The notes: generated by a model from the letters alone, not told the origin. 63,555 nt of DNA, filler included, from Cercozoa sp. M6MM (GCA_040357565.1; 6 parts of 6 records of this genome joined end to end with filler, not necessarily neighbours in it); one strand, 5' to 3'. Shown: positions 1-12,923, counted from the first letter of the whole stretch. Program-made: numbers and translations.

Positions 1-57
1 GTGTGTGTGTGTGTGTGTGTGTGGGGAGGGTAAAGAGGGGGTAAAAGGAAGATGTAG

Positions 58-3000
58 ATGGCGCGCGCCGTGGGACCGCGCGGAGTGCAGGCGATCGTGT
101 GGGGCGCCATCGCTCTCTGCTGCCTGGCCGTCCTGCTGGCCGTACCTCCTGTCCTGCCGTCCTACTACCTAAGTGTCGATGTGTGTGTGTGAGTGTCTAT
201 GTGTGAGTGTCTATGAGGACCACCTTGTTCGGACAGGCACTGTGGCTGTGGCTGTCGGCGCACACGGCGCAGCGTAGACTGGCGCAGCTGCCGTACCGAA
301 GCACTCGCCTGTGGCGCTGCATACAGGGCATGTTCCTCAACTGGTCGCTCCTGCTCGTGGTGCGGCTGCCTCTTCCCTACCCCACCCCCTCTACCCCTAC
401 CCCCGACAGGTGTTCTTCGTGGGCGCAGCCGTGGTGTACCGTCTGGTGGACGAAGCCGTCGCCTGCGAGGAACGCAACTGGCGGCGCTTTCGGCAGTTCG
501 GCGGCGGCGACGACGACGACTCGGTAGATTTTTCTCCCCTTTACCCCCCTCCCCACCCCCTACTCCCATGTACCGGTGCAGCACGGTGCCTATGTGTTCT
601 ACTACGGCACACGTGCCTCTGGCGAGATGGTTCTGGCCACACTGCTGGTGATGCGCTTTGTGGTGAGCATGCCTTNNNNNNNNNNNNNNNNNNNNNNNNN
701 NNNNNNNNNNNNNNNNNNNNNNNNNNNNNNNNNNNNNNNNNNNNNNNNNNNNNNNNNNNNNNNNNNNNNNNNNNNCCCCCCCCCCCCCCCCACACACACA
801 CCCTTTACCCCCCCCCCCCAGGTGGCCTTCCTGCCGGCACCACCGTCGCGTCGGAGTGAACAGCGGCGTATCAACAAAGCGCTGCACCTGCGCAAGGTGC
901 CTACCCTCCTTCAGCTGTACCCCTTACCCCTTACCCCCCTTCCTCCCAGGCGATGCCGCGCGAGTTGGACGGCAGCGGTCTGTTGCGACCGGCCGTGTGT
1001 CCGGCCTTTGCCGACGCCTTCGATCTGCAAGTCGCCTGGTGGCTGGCGCATGTGGCCTACCACGCCTACCGCGACGGTACTTTTCCCTCCCTCCCCTACT
1101 CCCTACCCCCTACCCTATCCCCTACTTCCTACCCCCTACCCCTACCCCTACCTCCTACCCCCTACCCTCCTTCCCGACAGGCGAGGGAGCAACGCCGTTC
1201 CGAATGACGCTGCTGCACAAAGACGTCAGCGACACTGACACGCGTTTCTTCCTGCACCGGTGGGTCAGTGTTCACTGAACAAGTGCCCTGTGTTTAGTGT
1301 GTCTGTGTCTGTGTGTGTAGTTGTACCGATCTGCCGAACACTTTTGTCGTCAGTTTCGCCGGCACCACTTCACAGAGGTAGCTTTCCCCCCCCCCCCCCC
1401 TGCCCCCTTAACCTTTCTGGGTGATCTGCAGGAACCTCGAGANNNNNNNNNNNNNNNNNNNNNNNNNNNNNNNNNNNNNNNNNNNNNNNNNNNNNNNNNN
1501 NNNNNNNNNNNNNNNNNNNNNNNNNNNNNNNNNNNNNNNNNNCCCCCCCCCCCGCGCACCTTGGTGTGTTTGTGCAGGTGCACCTAGGTTTCTGGTACGC
1601 GTACAACACGGTGCGACGCGACATAGTGCACCAATTGCTACACACTCTGCGTGCTGAGAGAGTGCCCCACGTGTCGCACTCTATCGACAAGGATGGTTCA
1701 TTGCATACATATGTATATATATTGATGTTATACTGTATCTGTCGATCTGTGACTATCTGTATGTAGACCAGGTGCCTCTAGTAAGCTTGAACTCCGACAC
1801 CAACAGCACCGACAGCACGGGTGACAGCAGCAGTAGCCACAGCAGCGATGGCGACGACGACGGCCACTGCACCCCTGCCACGATCTTTGTGACCGGACAC
1901 TCGCTGGGCGGCGCGCTGGCCACCTTCTGCGCACTCGAACTCTCGCGCGCCTTTGCGCATGCCCGGGTGCATGATCTTCTACTACACACACACACATATA
2001 TATATATATAGATATATGTTGTATATTTATGTTACTTATAAACATTGCTACTTGCAGATTAAACCCCTGTGTGGCAAGTGCAGGTACGCACACTGTGCAC
2101 ACGACATGCGGCAACGCCGACTGCCAGTGGCACTGGCTGCAGTGCGTCCGTGCGCGTCGTGTGCTACACCTTTGGCGAGCCACGTGCCCTCTCCCTTCTC
2201 CCCTCTGTCTCTATTCGTGTACACATGTGTCCTCTGTGTATACATGCAGTGTATGCATGTACACTAGGGTGTGTACAGGCGCAGGCAACGAGGCCTTTGC
2301 GCGACTGGTGCGTCGACACGTGCACCGGAAGTACCGTGTCGTCAACGATGGCGACGCCGTCTGCGGCGCACTCGGCGAGTGGTCGCTCTTCGGGCCGCGT
2401 TTCGCGCACAGTGGCACCTGCGTCACCCTCATGCCGGTTTTGCCCCCCACCCTGCCCCCCCCCCACCCTGCCCCTACCCTTACCCCTCCTACAGTGAGTC
2501 GGGTATGTCTGTATGGGTGTGGTGTGCAGCACCGTGACCTGTGCCTGGTGCCACGACCGGCCGAGCAGGCACTGACACTGAGCAAGCGACGCATGGGCGA
2601 CCACTGGATGCGCAACTATGTGCTGCGTCTCACCAAGTAAGTACCTTCCTCTGTGTGCATGTGTATCTACCGGTTGTATGACGGGGAGGATACACATGGT
2701 CACTGTGCCTGCAGACTAGTGGTACCGCCGAGTGCGTACCGTCGGCATGATGCCGTCAAACTGAGGAGTACGCTGATACCTGCCGATGGAGAAGTCGCTG
2801 TCACCATGCAGCTCAGGCATCGTGTTGCCTCTGCCTCTGCTTCTGCCTCTGCCTCTGCCTCTGCTTCTGGTGGCAATACTGGCTACGCTGGTCGGCACAG
2901 TGACAGTGCCGTGCAGCTGCTCAACCGACGCACGGACCAGACGAGTCTCAGTCACTCACAGTACCCCCCCCCCCCCTATGTTGTTTTATCATGTCACACT

Positions 3001-3199
3001 CCCCCTGCTGGGTGATTCGAGCAGAGTGCGACTCAAGGATCCACCGTTGGCCACACAGACCCAATCCCAGACTCTGCTGACTGGTAGTGGGCCCGACGAC
3101 ACCGACACGCGCGATGTGACCTCTCCGACCAGAAACAACCACAGCGACAACGACTCACAGGCCGCCGGTGATGATCTTGAGTCTGACTTGCCGCGCTAG
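58..3199 (+). CDS. Multi-pass membrane class 3 lipase (5'-partial, many exons)
   Basis: Spliced exons give hydrophobic N-terminal segments, then VHLGFWYAY, IFVTGHSLGGALA (nucleophile elbow, ~1883-1920), YTFGEPR|AGN, YRVVNDGDAV, FAHSG and DHWMRNY. These match the Lipase_3 Ser-Asp-His arrangement. Last exon ends ...DDLESDLPR* at 3199. Contains N gaps. Confidence 0.85.
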
Positions 3200-3338
3200 G
3201 GGTCGTGTGGCGTACTTTAGCAGCGACACATTACCTAGGTGTTACGGTATGGTAACCCCCAGAGGCGAGTTTTAGTCAGACGCAGAGCGTCAAGTTCAGT
3301 CAGTTCAGAGGACTCCGTCGTGTTGGAAGTCTGGATCG

Positions 3339-5359
3339 TTAGCCCTGCGACATCGACAGAGCGATAGAGTCGCGGCGACACTCAAGCTCGGGCTTGGAAC
3401 TCTTGCGGCGGCGCTCCGCGAACCACAGCAAGGTGGCACACACGGCGAAGATGACACCCATTGTCACAAGAACACCAAGGCCAGCACGCACGCCGCTGAT
3501 CGCTTGTTCCTACAGGGAGCGGGTGCTCGAATAGCAAGGGCCACGAGTCTCGGTTCAAGTGTGTCGTTGTTTGTATTTTCATTGATCAGGATACCTGCTC
3601 AGCATGCGTGAGACTCGTCTCGAAGGAAAAATTCTTCTGCGAGGCGCGCTGGATGAAGGCGCTCTCCTGTCCACCGACCGAGTTCAGGAACAAGAGCACG
3701 ATGGCCGGCGGGAACACCACCGAGGCACACTGTACAAGACGTGGGATACTCGTTTGATATATAAATTTAATTTAATAAGGAATGGAATCAGTGTGAACTT
3801 ACCAAATTCTTGAGTGCAACAACGATGCCGGTAGCAGCGCCGGTGAGTTCACTCGGCACGAGAACAGCGAGACCTGGCCACGTGAAGACTGAAACGAGGC
3901 CGTACGCTGGGCCCAAGAGCAGCAGACCAATCAGCCAAACGCCGGTGTGGAAGCCTTTGCAAACAACAAGCCAGTGCTCCGGGTATCGATGGGGTCTGGA
4001 AGAGTACCCTGAAGCGGTCGCAGCAGCAGCATGAAGCACAGGTAGGTCGTGACGTATGCCAAACCAGTGAAGACCAACCAGCGAGCCTTGACATAGTGCG
4101 GCTTGGTGAAGCGGTCCACGAGGATGCCAACCAGCGGACAGCACATGGCCGCCATGAGCGCAAACATGAACATTGGGATCTGTTTGTCCATCATCAGCAC
4201 GCGGAACATATACGCCGCGAAGTACGCGAACGTATACCTGTGACACTCCAAAGATAGGTAAGTTTTAGTGCTCCTTGCCTCGTTTTAGCAATGGAACTCG
4301 CGTACCAGGTTGAATAACCAATGGCAGTCGTTATGGCAAGCAGCCAGAACGAGCCGCCCAGCCGAGCGGCCGACATGAACATGCCGAACGACAACTTCTG
4401 TTGTTCAGCACACGGGTTCAACTTTCAATGTGGCTGCATCGACAAGGTAAACTTAGTTCGTACCTTCTTCTTTGCCATTGCAGTGGTGCGTCGGAGTCTA
4501 GACGGTAGAATCGGCAGAACGAACAGCGGCAACGTGGTCACTACGCCCACCAACACGGCGCCGAAAGCTATCCACAGTGCCATCGATGCAGGCTTCAGCA
4601 GACTCAGAAGCATGCCCAGGCCTTGTCCTCCTCGTTTCGTGAAACGAGTCATTGCGAGTGCAAAGGTGAGGCCTAACAAGTGCAGATACTATCCGGATAC
4701 GGGTGAATCCATCCCTCGAGATCGGAAGGTACCAAACGTGGTTTCTGTGCGAGTCTCGAACCACAGCTGCACGACACTGTTGAAGCACATGGCAATAAGC
4801 TCGCTGCCGCAGCCGTAAATGAGTCGTCCAGAGAACCAGGCCACACTGCTCCACTGATTTTGTGCCGCCAGTGCGATCATGCCTTGTCCGAGGACACACA
4901 GCTGCACAACGAGTCCGAATCAGTTGCCATGGGTATCGAAAGATGTACCAAGTAACACATGGCGAGAAGTTTCCGCGGACCAAGCGAGTCAAACAGCATG
5001 CCTCCAACTGGGCCCAGTACAATGGTGGGCATGTACACACACGCCTTGAACATCATCTTGGTGACCTCGCTGAACTGAAAGCGATCGAGTTCGCTCGTCA
5101 TGAGCGTCGGCGTGTCAGTGACCATGTAGACGATCAAGTTGGCCATACTGCCCACCGCTAGTGCCAACCAAGGCATATACGAGGCGTCTTTCGCACCTTC
5201 GTGGACAGCTTCGCGGATCGTCTGAAACACAATATTTACAAAATCGTTTCAGTTTGACAAAAAACAGACCACTGGCACAGCTGCGCTTTTGCCCGCATCG
5301 TCGGTGGTGGCGCCGCCACCCTCAGTTTCGAACGGCTGCGTCGTTGAAGCCGTGGACAT
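3339..5359 (-). CDS. Major facilitator superfamily transporter (MFSD1-like)
   Basis: The ORF fragments join through short GT-AG introns. MFS motif A-like GGMLFDSLGPRK and GILVDRF, plus GRLIYGCGSE and many hydrophobic helices. ATG at 5359; last TM exon ends at TAA 3339. Confidence 0.85.
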
Positions 5360-5973
5360 GTCTCGTTTGATCTCGTGTTTCTCGCACTTCGCGAATCTGT
5401 CGGACTAGCAACTCTCAACCTGGAAAGCTGGATAATCACGCGTGTCGAATCTCGTGGACGCGCTCTCGCTGATGCGGCTTGCGGCACACTCGCAACGTGC
5501 TATATTCTTGCTCGACTACAGAGCCAGCGCTTTTCGCACGCAGTTTAAGGCGCTCTCAATCTGTACGCGCAAAGCCGTAAAATTGGCCGGACGGCTCGGA
5601 GTTTCAGTTGGTCGCGTGCCTGCGCGTGGCCGGCAACTGAACAGAAATCTCGGCTTTCAGTCCACGCACTGGCTCTTTCGGGGACGGTCCGCGGTTGTGA
5701 ACCAAACTCTGCTTGTAAGTTTACTTACTAAATTTGGTATCATCATAGATACCTGTCGTATCTTTAGGTTCAGTTCCAGTATAATACTGCCGCATTCATT
5801 CGATTCAGCAGCGTGCGTCACGCCCAGTTTCGTTAGGTTTGCCGTGTGCACGCGGCGTGATCGATTCGCATCCGTTGCATCCAACCGAACGTCAGTCACC
5901 GCACCTTGGTCGCTTCTCCCATTACAATGAGTGCGGTATACGGTACCGGTACAGCGAGAAGCTTGCGGTAAGC

Positions 5974-8159
5974 CTACTGACCAGAAGCAGGGCCGCCGGC
6001 GCCAAAGAGGCCGCCGAGACCGCCGAGCAGCGGGCCGGCCGACTGCATGAGCTGTTGCATCATCTGCGGATCCGACATGATGCGCTGCATGGCATCGGGC
6101 CGCATGTTGCCGCTGTCGTCGAAGAAGTCCGGGTTGTTGCGCAGCGACTCAAAGGCAGGCGACTGCAAGAGGCCCTGCAAGCACACACCCACCCCACGGT
6201 AGCGTCCAGTTGTCAAATGCATAGGGTGTGGCGTACCTGCATCATGGCCGGGTTCTGCATGAGCTGCGACACAATGCCGCCGAGCATACCGCCCATGCCG
6301 CCGGCAGCACCAGGACCAGAGGCGCCGCCCATGCCTCCGAGCATGCCCATGAGTCCGCCGAGGCCGCCCATGGCACCGAGCGGGTCCGAGGCAGAGGCAG
6401 AGGCAGAGGCAGAGGCAGGTGTCTCCGACTGCGCCTGCTCGACCGCCGACTCTGTCTGCGGCAGGTCCGACTCGGCGACGATCTTGGCCTCCACCTGCTG
6501 CAGTCTGCACACACACACATGCACACATGTGCATTTACACAGACAAACAGACACAACAGAACACAGAAACACACAGACACAGACACACAGACACACGCAC
6601 ACATGTACAGTAGCTGTACTGCTTCTCGATGGCCTCGGTATCGTCGAAAATCGCTAGCGCATTCGTCAGCACTGCCTACTCTCACCGGGGGGGGGGGCAT
6701 AGGGGCCAGGTGTAAAGGTAGGGAAGGTAAAGGAGTACAGCAGCCTCGTCCAGACGGCCCTGCCACTCCAGCGCTGCGGCGAGTCGCGTGTGGCCCTTGC
6801 GGTACGACGCGTCGACAGAGACGGCACGGCGAGCCTCGCGCTCGGCCGCCTCGTGCCGCTTCTGCATCGAGAAAACGGCGGCACGGTTCGCATAAAAAAT
6901 CGCGTTCGTCGGCCACAGCGACGCTGCCTCAGCTACGGGAAGGGGGGGGGGGGGGGGTAAAGGAGGGTTGCGGGAGGGGGTAATGAAGCACAGTGAGCAG
7001 TACCGTACTTGGCCAGAGCTTCGTCGAACTGGCGTTGTCGCAGCAACGCATTGCCCTCGTTCTTCAACGCTGTGGCACGGTCCTTGTCTGCTTGCGTGGC
7101 CTCCTTCTGCTGCGACAGTGTAGGTATGGTAATGTTTGTACTATAAATCTACACATATATATATACATATAATGGATATAGATATATACGGATATATATA
7201 TATATATATATATATATGGATATAGATAGATATGGATATAGATATATATATATATATATGGATATAGATAGATATGGATATAGATATAGATATATATATA
7301 TATATAGATATATATATGGATATAGATATATACGGACATAGATATATATGGATATAGATATATGGATATAGATACATATGGATATATGGATATAGATGAG
7401 TACATATGTATGTAGATGTGTACAGATAGTTGTGCGCATACAGATAGGTATGTACATGGTGTGCATAGGAGAAAGTGAGGTACCGTCTCAGATGAGACGG
7501 CAGACGGCGGCTCGTCAACGGTGCTGCTCGGGGCCACCGGTGCTGCCGCTGCCTTGTTCGTGACCGAGCGGAATAGGTCGTATGGAGGCGCCTGTTTGGC
7601 CGCGTCCGTGTGTGTCGGGTGGCGTCTGCAACAGCAGCATTCGACTCCCTTAACCCCTCCTCTTCCCCCTTACTATCCCCCTGTAAATCGATGCTGTGGC
7701 AGAGGCTACGCAATGTACTTGCGTCGGGCACGCTCGAGTCGGCGCAGGAACTCCTCGTCGCCCAGTGAGGTTCCCTCGAAGAATCCACTGCGTGCCAGTC
7801 GCCTCAGAAAGGCTACAGTCACACACACACACACAAACACGGACGTTTCTCCACTCAGAAAATACAGGACATCAGTGTACAGTGGTAGGTGCGACGGCGC
7901 AGTGCCTGCTGTCCCTCCACAAACAACTGCTCGAGTGCGTGCGTCTCGCCACCCGGCGCCGTCTCTGTCAAGGCAGGTGCGCCCAGTGCCTCTTGCAGCA
8001 GGTTCACCGATGCCTACTTTCACCAGCATAGGTCAACGGGGAGCACCAAACAAAGGTTAAAGCTACGAGAATGTTCTCTTTGTGCGACTCATCGGTCTCG
8101 CTTTCTGCGCGACGTTGCAGATACGCCACAACGGCCTGATCTAGCGTGGCCTCGCCCAT
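5974..8159 (-). CDS. SGTA: SGTA/Sgt2-like TPR co-chaperone
   Basis: N-terminal dimerisation-like segment ([17 protein letters not shown]...ENIL|[11 protein letters not shown]). TPR motifs ([32 protein letters not shown]). C-terminal Gly/Met-rich STI1-like repeats ([19 protein letters not shown]). Confidence 0.8.
7150..7400. repeat. Intronic AT-rich satellite (GGATATAGATATATAT-like units)
   Basis: Directly visible degenerate tandem repeat in an SGTA intron. Confidence 0.9.
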
Positions 8160-8425
8160 GATTATACACTGCACACTGTCCTTTGTCGCGTCTAAAGCAA
8201 CGTGGCGCGTTTTCGATGACTTTTAGCCTCTTTGTTAAGGGGGTGGGGCAACTTTCGGGCCTCCTTGTTCTCCAGCAATACTGGAACTGAACGCTGGGGA
8301 CGAGTTGCCTCAACAGGCACTTCATGCACCATAGTGTGCGTGCGTGATCACAGCAACATCATTTCTTGATATCGCAAAATAAATTGCTGCTTCGCCTATT
8401 CGACAGGGGACACTAAGCGATCGTC

Positions 8426-9734
8426 ATGGTTTTGGTACCGCTGTGGCCGGAAGGCCTAATTCCCGACATCTCTTCCTGCTTTGGTTACCTCTTGCCTTGG
8501 GTAGCTGTTTAAAGTGTTTGCACTCACCGTGCGAACACTGTCAAAACCGATGGCCAAGGTACCCTCCGATATATTTGTGTACGCATCAGATGTGTCCTTG
8601 ATGGATCCCGATGGCGTGGTTCAGTCACTTAAAAAGAAGGCGAAAGAACACCCAATGATGGTACCCAAGAACGAGGGCTATAATGTGCCTTAATTTTTGT
8701 GAGGTAAAGCGTGTGTCACGATGGGCAGAGGGACATGGTGGTCTCGTTCGCGAACTTTTATCAAAGATGGGAGACTCGACTATCAGGTGCACTACTTTCA
8801 TACCTTTAAATTGACTCGAGTTTTGCGCGTGACTCTTAGTGCGCATGCTGGGCCACAAGGTGACGAAAATCCGGCCAATGCAGACCGACAAGGCCGTTGA
8901 AAAAGGTGCCGACATCATTGGCGAGACCTTTGTGGTACTGGCCCGGCCTCTTACTCCCGCAGTGTGTTCTTTTGTGTGAGTGCACAAAGTGTGAGAGTTC
9001 ATGTAGTACTCGGTGGCGATGGCCTTCCTGGGCTTGGATTACGTGCGCAAGATTTACGAGGATGCAGAGAAGGTATGCTTGCGAGAACGTTTGAGTACCC
9101 ACTAGTGCAGCTGAGTCGAACTGCAACTGTGTCACGATCAGGCCGAACGAAGCAAGATGAAAGACAAGCAGTTCAAAGACGATCTCGCCGCGCGTTTTGC
9201 GTCGCTGGAGTGCTTTCTCTTTCTCTCTTTCTCTTTTTTTCTCTTTCTCTCTTTCTCTCTTTTTCTCTTTCTCTCTTTCTCTTTCTCGCTTTTTCTATTT
9301 CTCTCTTTTTCTTTTTCTCTCTTTTTCTTTTTCTCTCTTTTTCTTTTTCTCTCTTTTTCTTTTTCTCTCTTTTTCTCTTTCTCTCTTTTTCTCTTTCTCT
9401 TGCTCTTTTTCTAAGCATCCACACACGCTCTCTCCCCTTACTCTCTTCTGTTCTCCTTGTTCTCGTGAGACCGATGATTCTGCAGGCTCGAGTTGCGCGA
9501 GCTCAAGGATGAATGTGCAGAATTGAGGGTGCCACCTTCCATTCGTCAAGTGGTGCCTGCGTGCGTTGCTAGAAAGAAGGTTCAACCCTTTTGTTTGTGT
9601 GGCCCTGTGCTTAGGGACTCGTCGACGCTGACAGAGGAGAGAACCCTCCGGCGTCGGGACACACAAGCAGCGTGCCAGCGGTTCAGACTGATCCCGGCAA
9701 GATGGCCAAGAGGACCGCTTTAGAGCCAGAGTAG
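8426..9734 (+). CDS. OPA3: OPA3-like mitochondrial protein (3' end uncertain)
   Basis: Spliced: MVL|LFKVFALTVRTLSKPMAK|SLKKKAKEHPMM|RDMVVSFANFYQRWETRLS|VRMLGHKVTKIRPMQTDKAVEKGADIIGETFV|YSVAMAFLGLDYVRK, then a coiled coil. This matches the OPA3 family pattern. Confidence 0.85.
9213..9412 (+). repeat. Intronic polypyrimidine repeat (TTTTTCTCTC-like)
   Basis: About 200 nt of almost pure C/T in an OPA3 intron. Confidence 0.95.
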
Positions 9735-9825
9735 TCCGGTCAGCCTCAAACTCGCCCCATAGAATACTGAAGGAACTGGCCTGGCTGGGATATGTGTTGA
9801 CTAGTGCTAGCGTAGCGTAAGTAAA

Positions 9826-10725
9826 TCAGAAAAGAGTCTCCTCATCGCGCAAGTACTCGCCAATGTCGGCTTGCTGCGAGAGCAAAGATAAACGTAGCGC
9901 AGTGAATTCAATGGACAGAAGGCAGTGCGCGAAAAAAGCATGCTTACATGGTAGCACACGATGGCAGTCGGTTCGACCTTTCGACACTCGTCGGTTGAGT
10001 AGGCCGAGACGCCGAAACCGATCGGCACGTCGCTCATGGTGAACATGACGACTGCACACCACAACACAGCACCAGTGATGTGATGGGATGGAAGGTGGGT
10101 AATCCTCCTTACCACCAGTGTTTCGCGGAGTATTTTCCGTGATTCGGCCTATTTAAATTACACGTCGATCACGAAACAACCTCACAGCATAGTGTACCAA
10201 GCGCAGCCTTGATGACGTGGTTGCCGTACATGTAGCTCATCTCGGCCTTGGGCTTGATCCAGACCTTGTACTTGGCGTACTTGGCCAGGTACGGCAGCGC
10301 TGTGATCTGCAGTCGAAACTTGCGCGTCTTGGTGAACTTGCCAAAGCACACGCCGGCGCTTACCTGCGAGGTAGATGCATGGGACAAGGCACAGGTAGAC
10401 AGCACTGGCATGTACCAGCGAGTCACGCGACACGCGCAGTGCCTCGTTCAGCACACGTTCCGGAAGGTAGTACACACGGTCTACCAACACACGCACATCA
10501 AAACATCGCCTCACCAAGAAACCGCACGCTACCTTTGTGCAACCGGAAGACATAAGGCTCGTCTGATCGGTTCACTGTGCAAAGCAGTGGAAGATTCAAA
10601 TCGACACAAGGTCCCGGACAACCGTCAATTCAAGGAAACTTACGCAGCAGCTTGACGTTGCGACCAATGTACTTGATGAGCTTCTCAAAAAAAGTCGACG
10701 ACTCCTCGTCCGTGAGTGGCCGCAT
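9826..10725 (-). CDS. NIP7: 60S ribosome biogenesis factor NIP7
   Basis: [79 protein letters not shown]. Confidence 0.95.
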
Positions 10726-10957
10726 GTTCTGCAGAAAACATTTTTTGGATTCAACAATCTACCCACGCGACGAAACAAGGATTGAGCAAAATAGGCAAAG
10801 TGTAAACCGCTAACAACGTCCTGATAGCACCGCCGCTTGCCTATAGGTGTGCGATTTACGTCTTTCTCGCGCGGAGCGCCGACCAGTGATCGCCCCAAAA
10901 AACAAGAAAAAACGCGGATCTCCTCCGAACCCTTTTACCGACATCTAACTACCGAAA
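10726..10957. promoter_or_regulatory. Putative bidirectional promoter, NIP7/RPS4
   Basis: 232 nt between divergent ATGs. Contains GGAGCGCCG (10873-10881), an A-rich tract and a pyrimidine tract before the RPS4 ATG. Confidence 0.6.
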
Positions 10958-12122
10958 ATGGGTGCGTTTTGCCTCCCTGTTACGCTGCTATAGCGCTGCG
11001 TGGCCTGCTGCGCTTTTTGCGCGCTGGCAGGTTTTTGTGTGTGGTGCGCTCATGACTCCGTGAGCGCGAAGTGCGCACCACGCTGCGTGCATTGACCAAG
11101 TCTGAGGCGCGTGGCGTGCTAAGCTCGTCTCGTGTGTTTTATGGGTGTTCATGTCTGCAGCTCGTGGTCCCAAGAAGCACTTGCGCCGCCTTAACGCCCC
11201 GAAGACCTGGTGGTAGAGTTGGCTATCTGTGTTTTTGCTGTTGCTGTGTTGCGGAAAGTGTTCACATTTGTCTTTTGTTGTGATGCAGCCTGGACAAGCT
11301 GTCCGGCCAGTGGGCTCCCCGCCCGTCGACGGGCCCGCACAAGATGCGCGCGTGCCTGCCGCTCGTGCTCATCCTGCGCAACCGTCTGCGTTACGCGCTG
11401 ACGCGCCGTGAGGTGTCTTGCTTTTCTCAACCTTGTATGTGTCGCTTGAGTGTTGTTCATGTGGTGCTTGTGTACAGGTGACTGCCATCCTCATGAGCCG
11501 CAGCACGGCCGTCAAGGTCGACGGTGTGAAGCGCACTGACCCGCGCTACCCGGCCGGCTTCATGGACGTTGTGTCCATCGAGAAGACGGGCGAGAACTTC
11601 CGCCTGCTGTACGACGCCAAGGGCCGCTTCGTGCTCAAGGAGATCGACGAGAAGGAGGCTGAGTTCAAGCTGCTGCGCGTCAAGAAGTACGCCAAGTCGG
11701 CCAAGGCCTACGCCGGCAAGAACCCGCTCGCCAACGGCCAGGCCGCTTCCATCCCGTACATTGTGACGCACGACGGCCGCACGATCCGCTACCCGCTGCC
11801 GACGGTGAAGCCGGGTGACTCGATCAAGTACAACCTCAAGACCGGCAAGGTCGAGGAGCACTTCAAGTTCGCCACCGGCGCCGTCTCGATGATCACGGGC
11901 GGCCACAACATGGGCCGTGTCGGTGTCATCACGCGTGTCGAGAAGCACCCGGGTTCGTTCGACATTGTGCACGTCAAGGACAAGGCTGGCCACACGTTCG
12001 CCACGCGCATCAGCAACGTCTTCGTCATCGGTAACGAGGCGCCGGCCGTCTCGCTGCCCAAGCAGCACGGCGTCAAGCAGTCGATCATCGAGGAGCGCGA
12101 CGCTCGCCTCAAGAAGGACTAA
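10958..12122 (+). CDS. RPS4: 40S ribosomal protein S4 (eS4)
   Basis: M|[17 protein letters not shown]|[21 protein letters not shown]...|VKVDG...YPAGFMDV...[10 protein letters not shown]...[10 protein letters not shown]...[12 protein letters not shown]. Three GT-AG introns; strongly GC3-biased codons. Confidence 0.98.
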
Positions 12123-12535
12123 GTCTCTGCTCTTGCTAGGCGGCGTGTGACCACATCATGCGCTTTAAGCACTGTGCCCCTCGTGTGCATGTGCTAGGTA
12201 GTTAAATTCGGATTGCGGTACCCAAAGAATCATGCCATTGGCACTCAATGGTTAGTTCAGTTTTACACTAATCGGCTGAAGTAGTTGCCCTGCAGTCCGG
12301 GTGGGTCACAGTCACAATAGCAAGGCCGTGTCCAGCGCCAGCTTGCGGCAGGGCTATACTTTTGACGTTTCTCTTGTGTCGAAATAGACTGAACTATAAC
12401 TACTGATCTGTATGTAGCAGCAGCATCGTTTCGACATGTACCTAGTACGCACACGTCCGGTAGCCAATAAATTAATCGAAATGAACGGAAATGCAATCAC
12501 AATCGAAACTAGCGTGTCGCTATGCTCCCTTATCC

Positions 12536-12881
12536 CTACTTCTGACGCAGGTGGATCTTGTTGAGCATAGGGAGGAAGGCCACCGCCGGCACCTGCACGC
12601 AATAAGTCAGACTCACTCTCTTAGAGAACACAGGCAGGACTATGGGGTACCTTGTCAGCAGCAGCATCGATCAAGGCCTTGATGTTCTGCAGTGACTCCT
12701 CCTACGAGACATTCGGAGGACATTCGGAAACACACACACACAAACACACACACAAACACACACACACACACACACACACACNNNNNNNNNNNNNNNNNNN
12801 NNNNNNNNNNNNNNNNNNNNNNNNNNNNNNNNNNNNNNNNNNNNNNNNNNNNNNNNNNNNNNNNNNNNNNNNNNNNNNNNN

Positions 12882-12923
<42 letters not shown>

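Noticed and set aside
3339-5359. Apparent frameshifts, pseudogene or programmed frameshifting in the MFS gene and others
   Set aside because: The frame changes I traced are explained by short GT-AG introns.
10930-10940. CCTTTTAC resembling U5 snRNA loop 1
   Set aside because: No flanking U5 stem. It sits 20 nt before the RPS4 ATG and is more simply a pyrimidine-rich 5' UTR/TSS tract.
11457-12068. Long antisense ORFs over RPS4 and other GC-rich genes
   Set aside because: A by-product of strong GC3 codon bias, which removes antisense stops.
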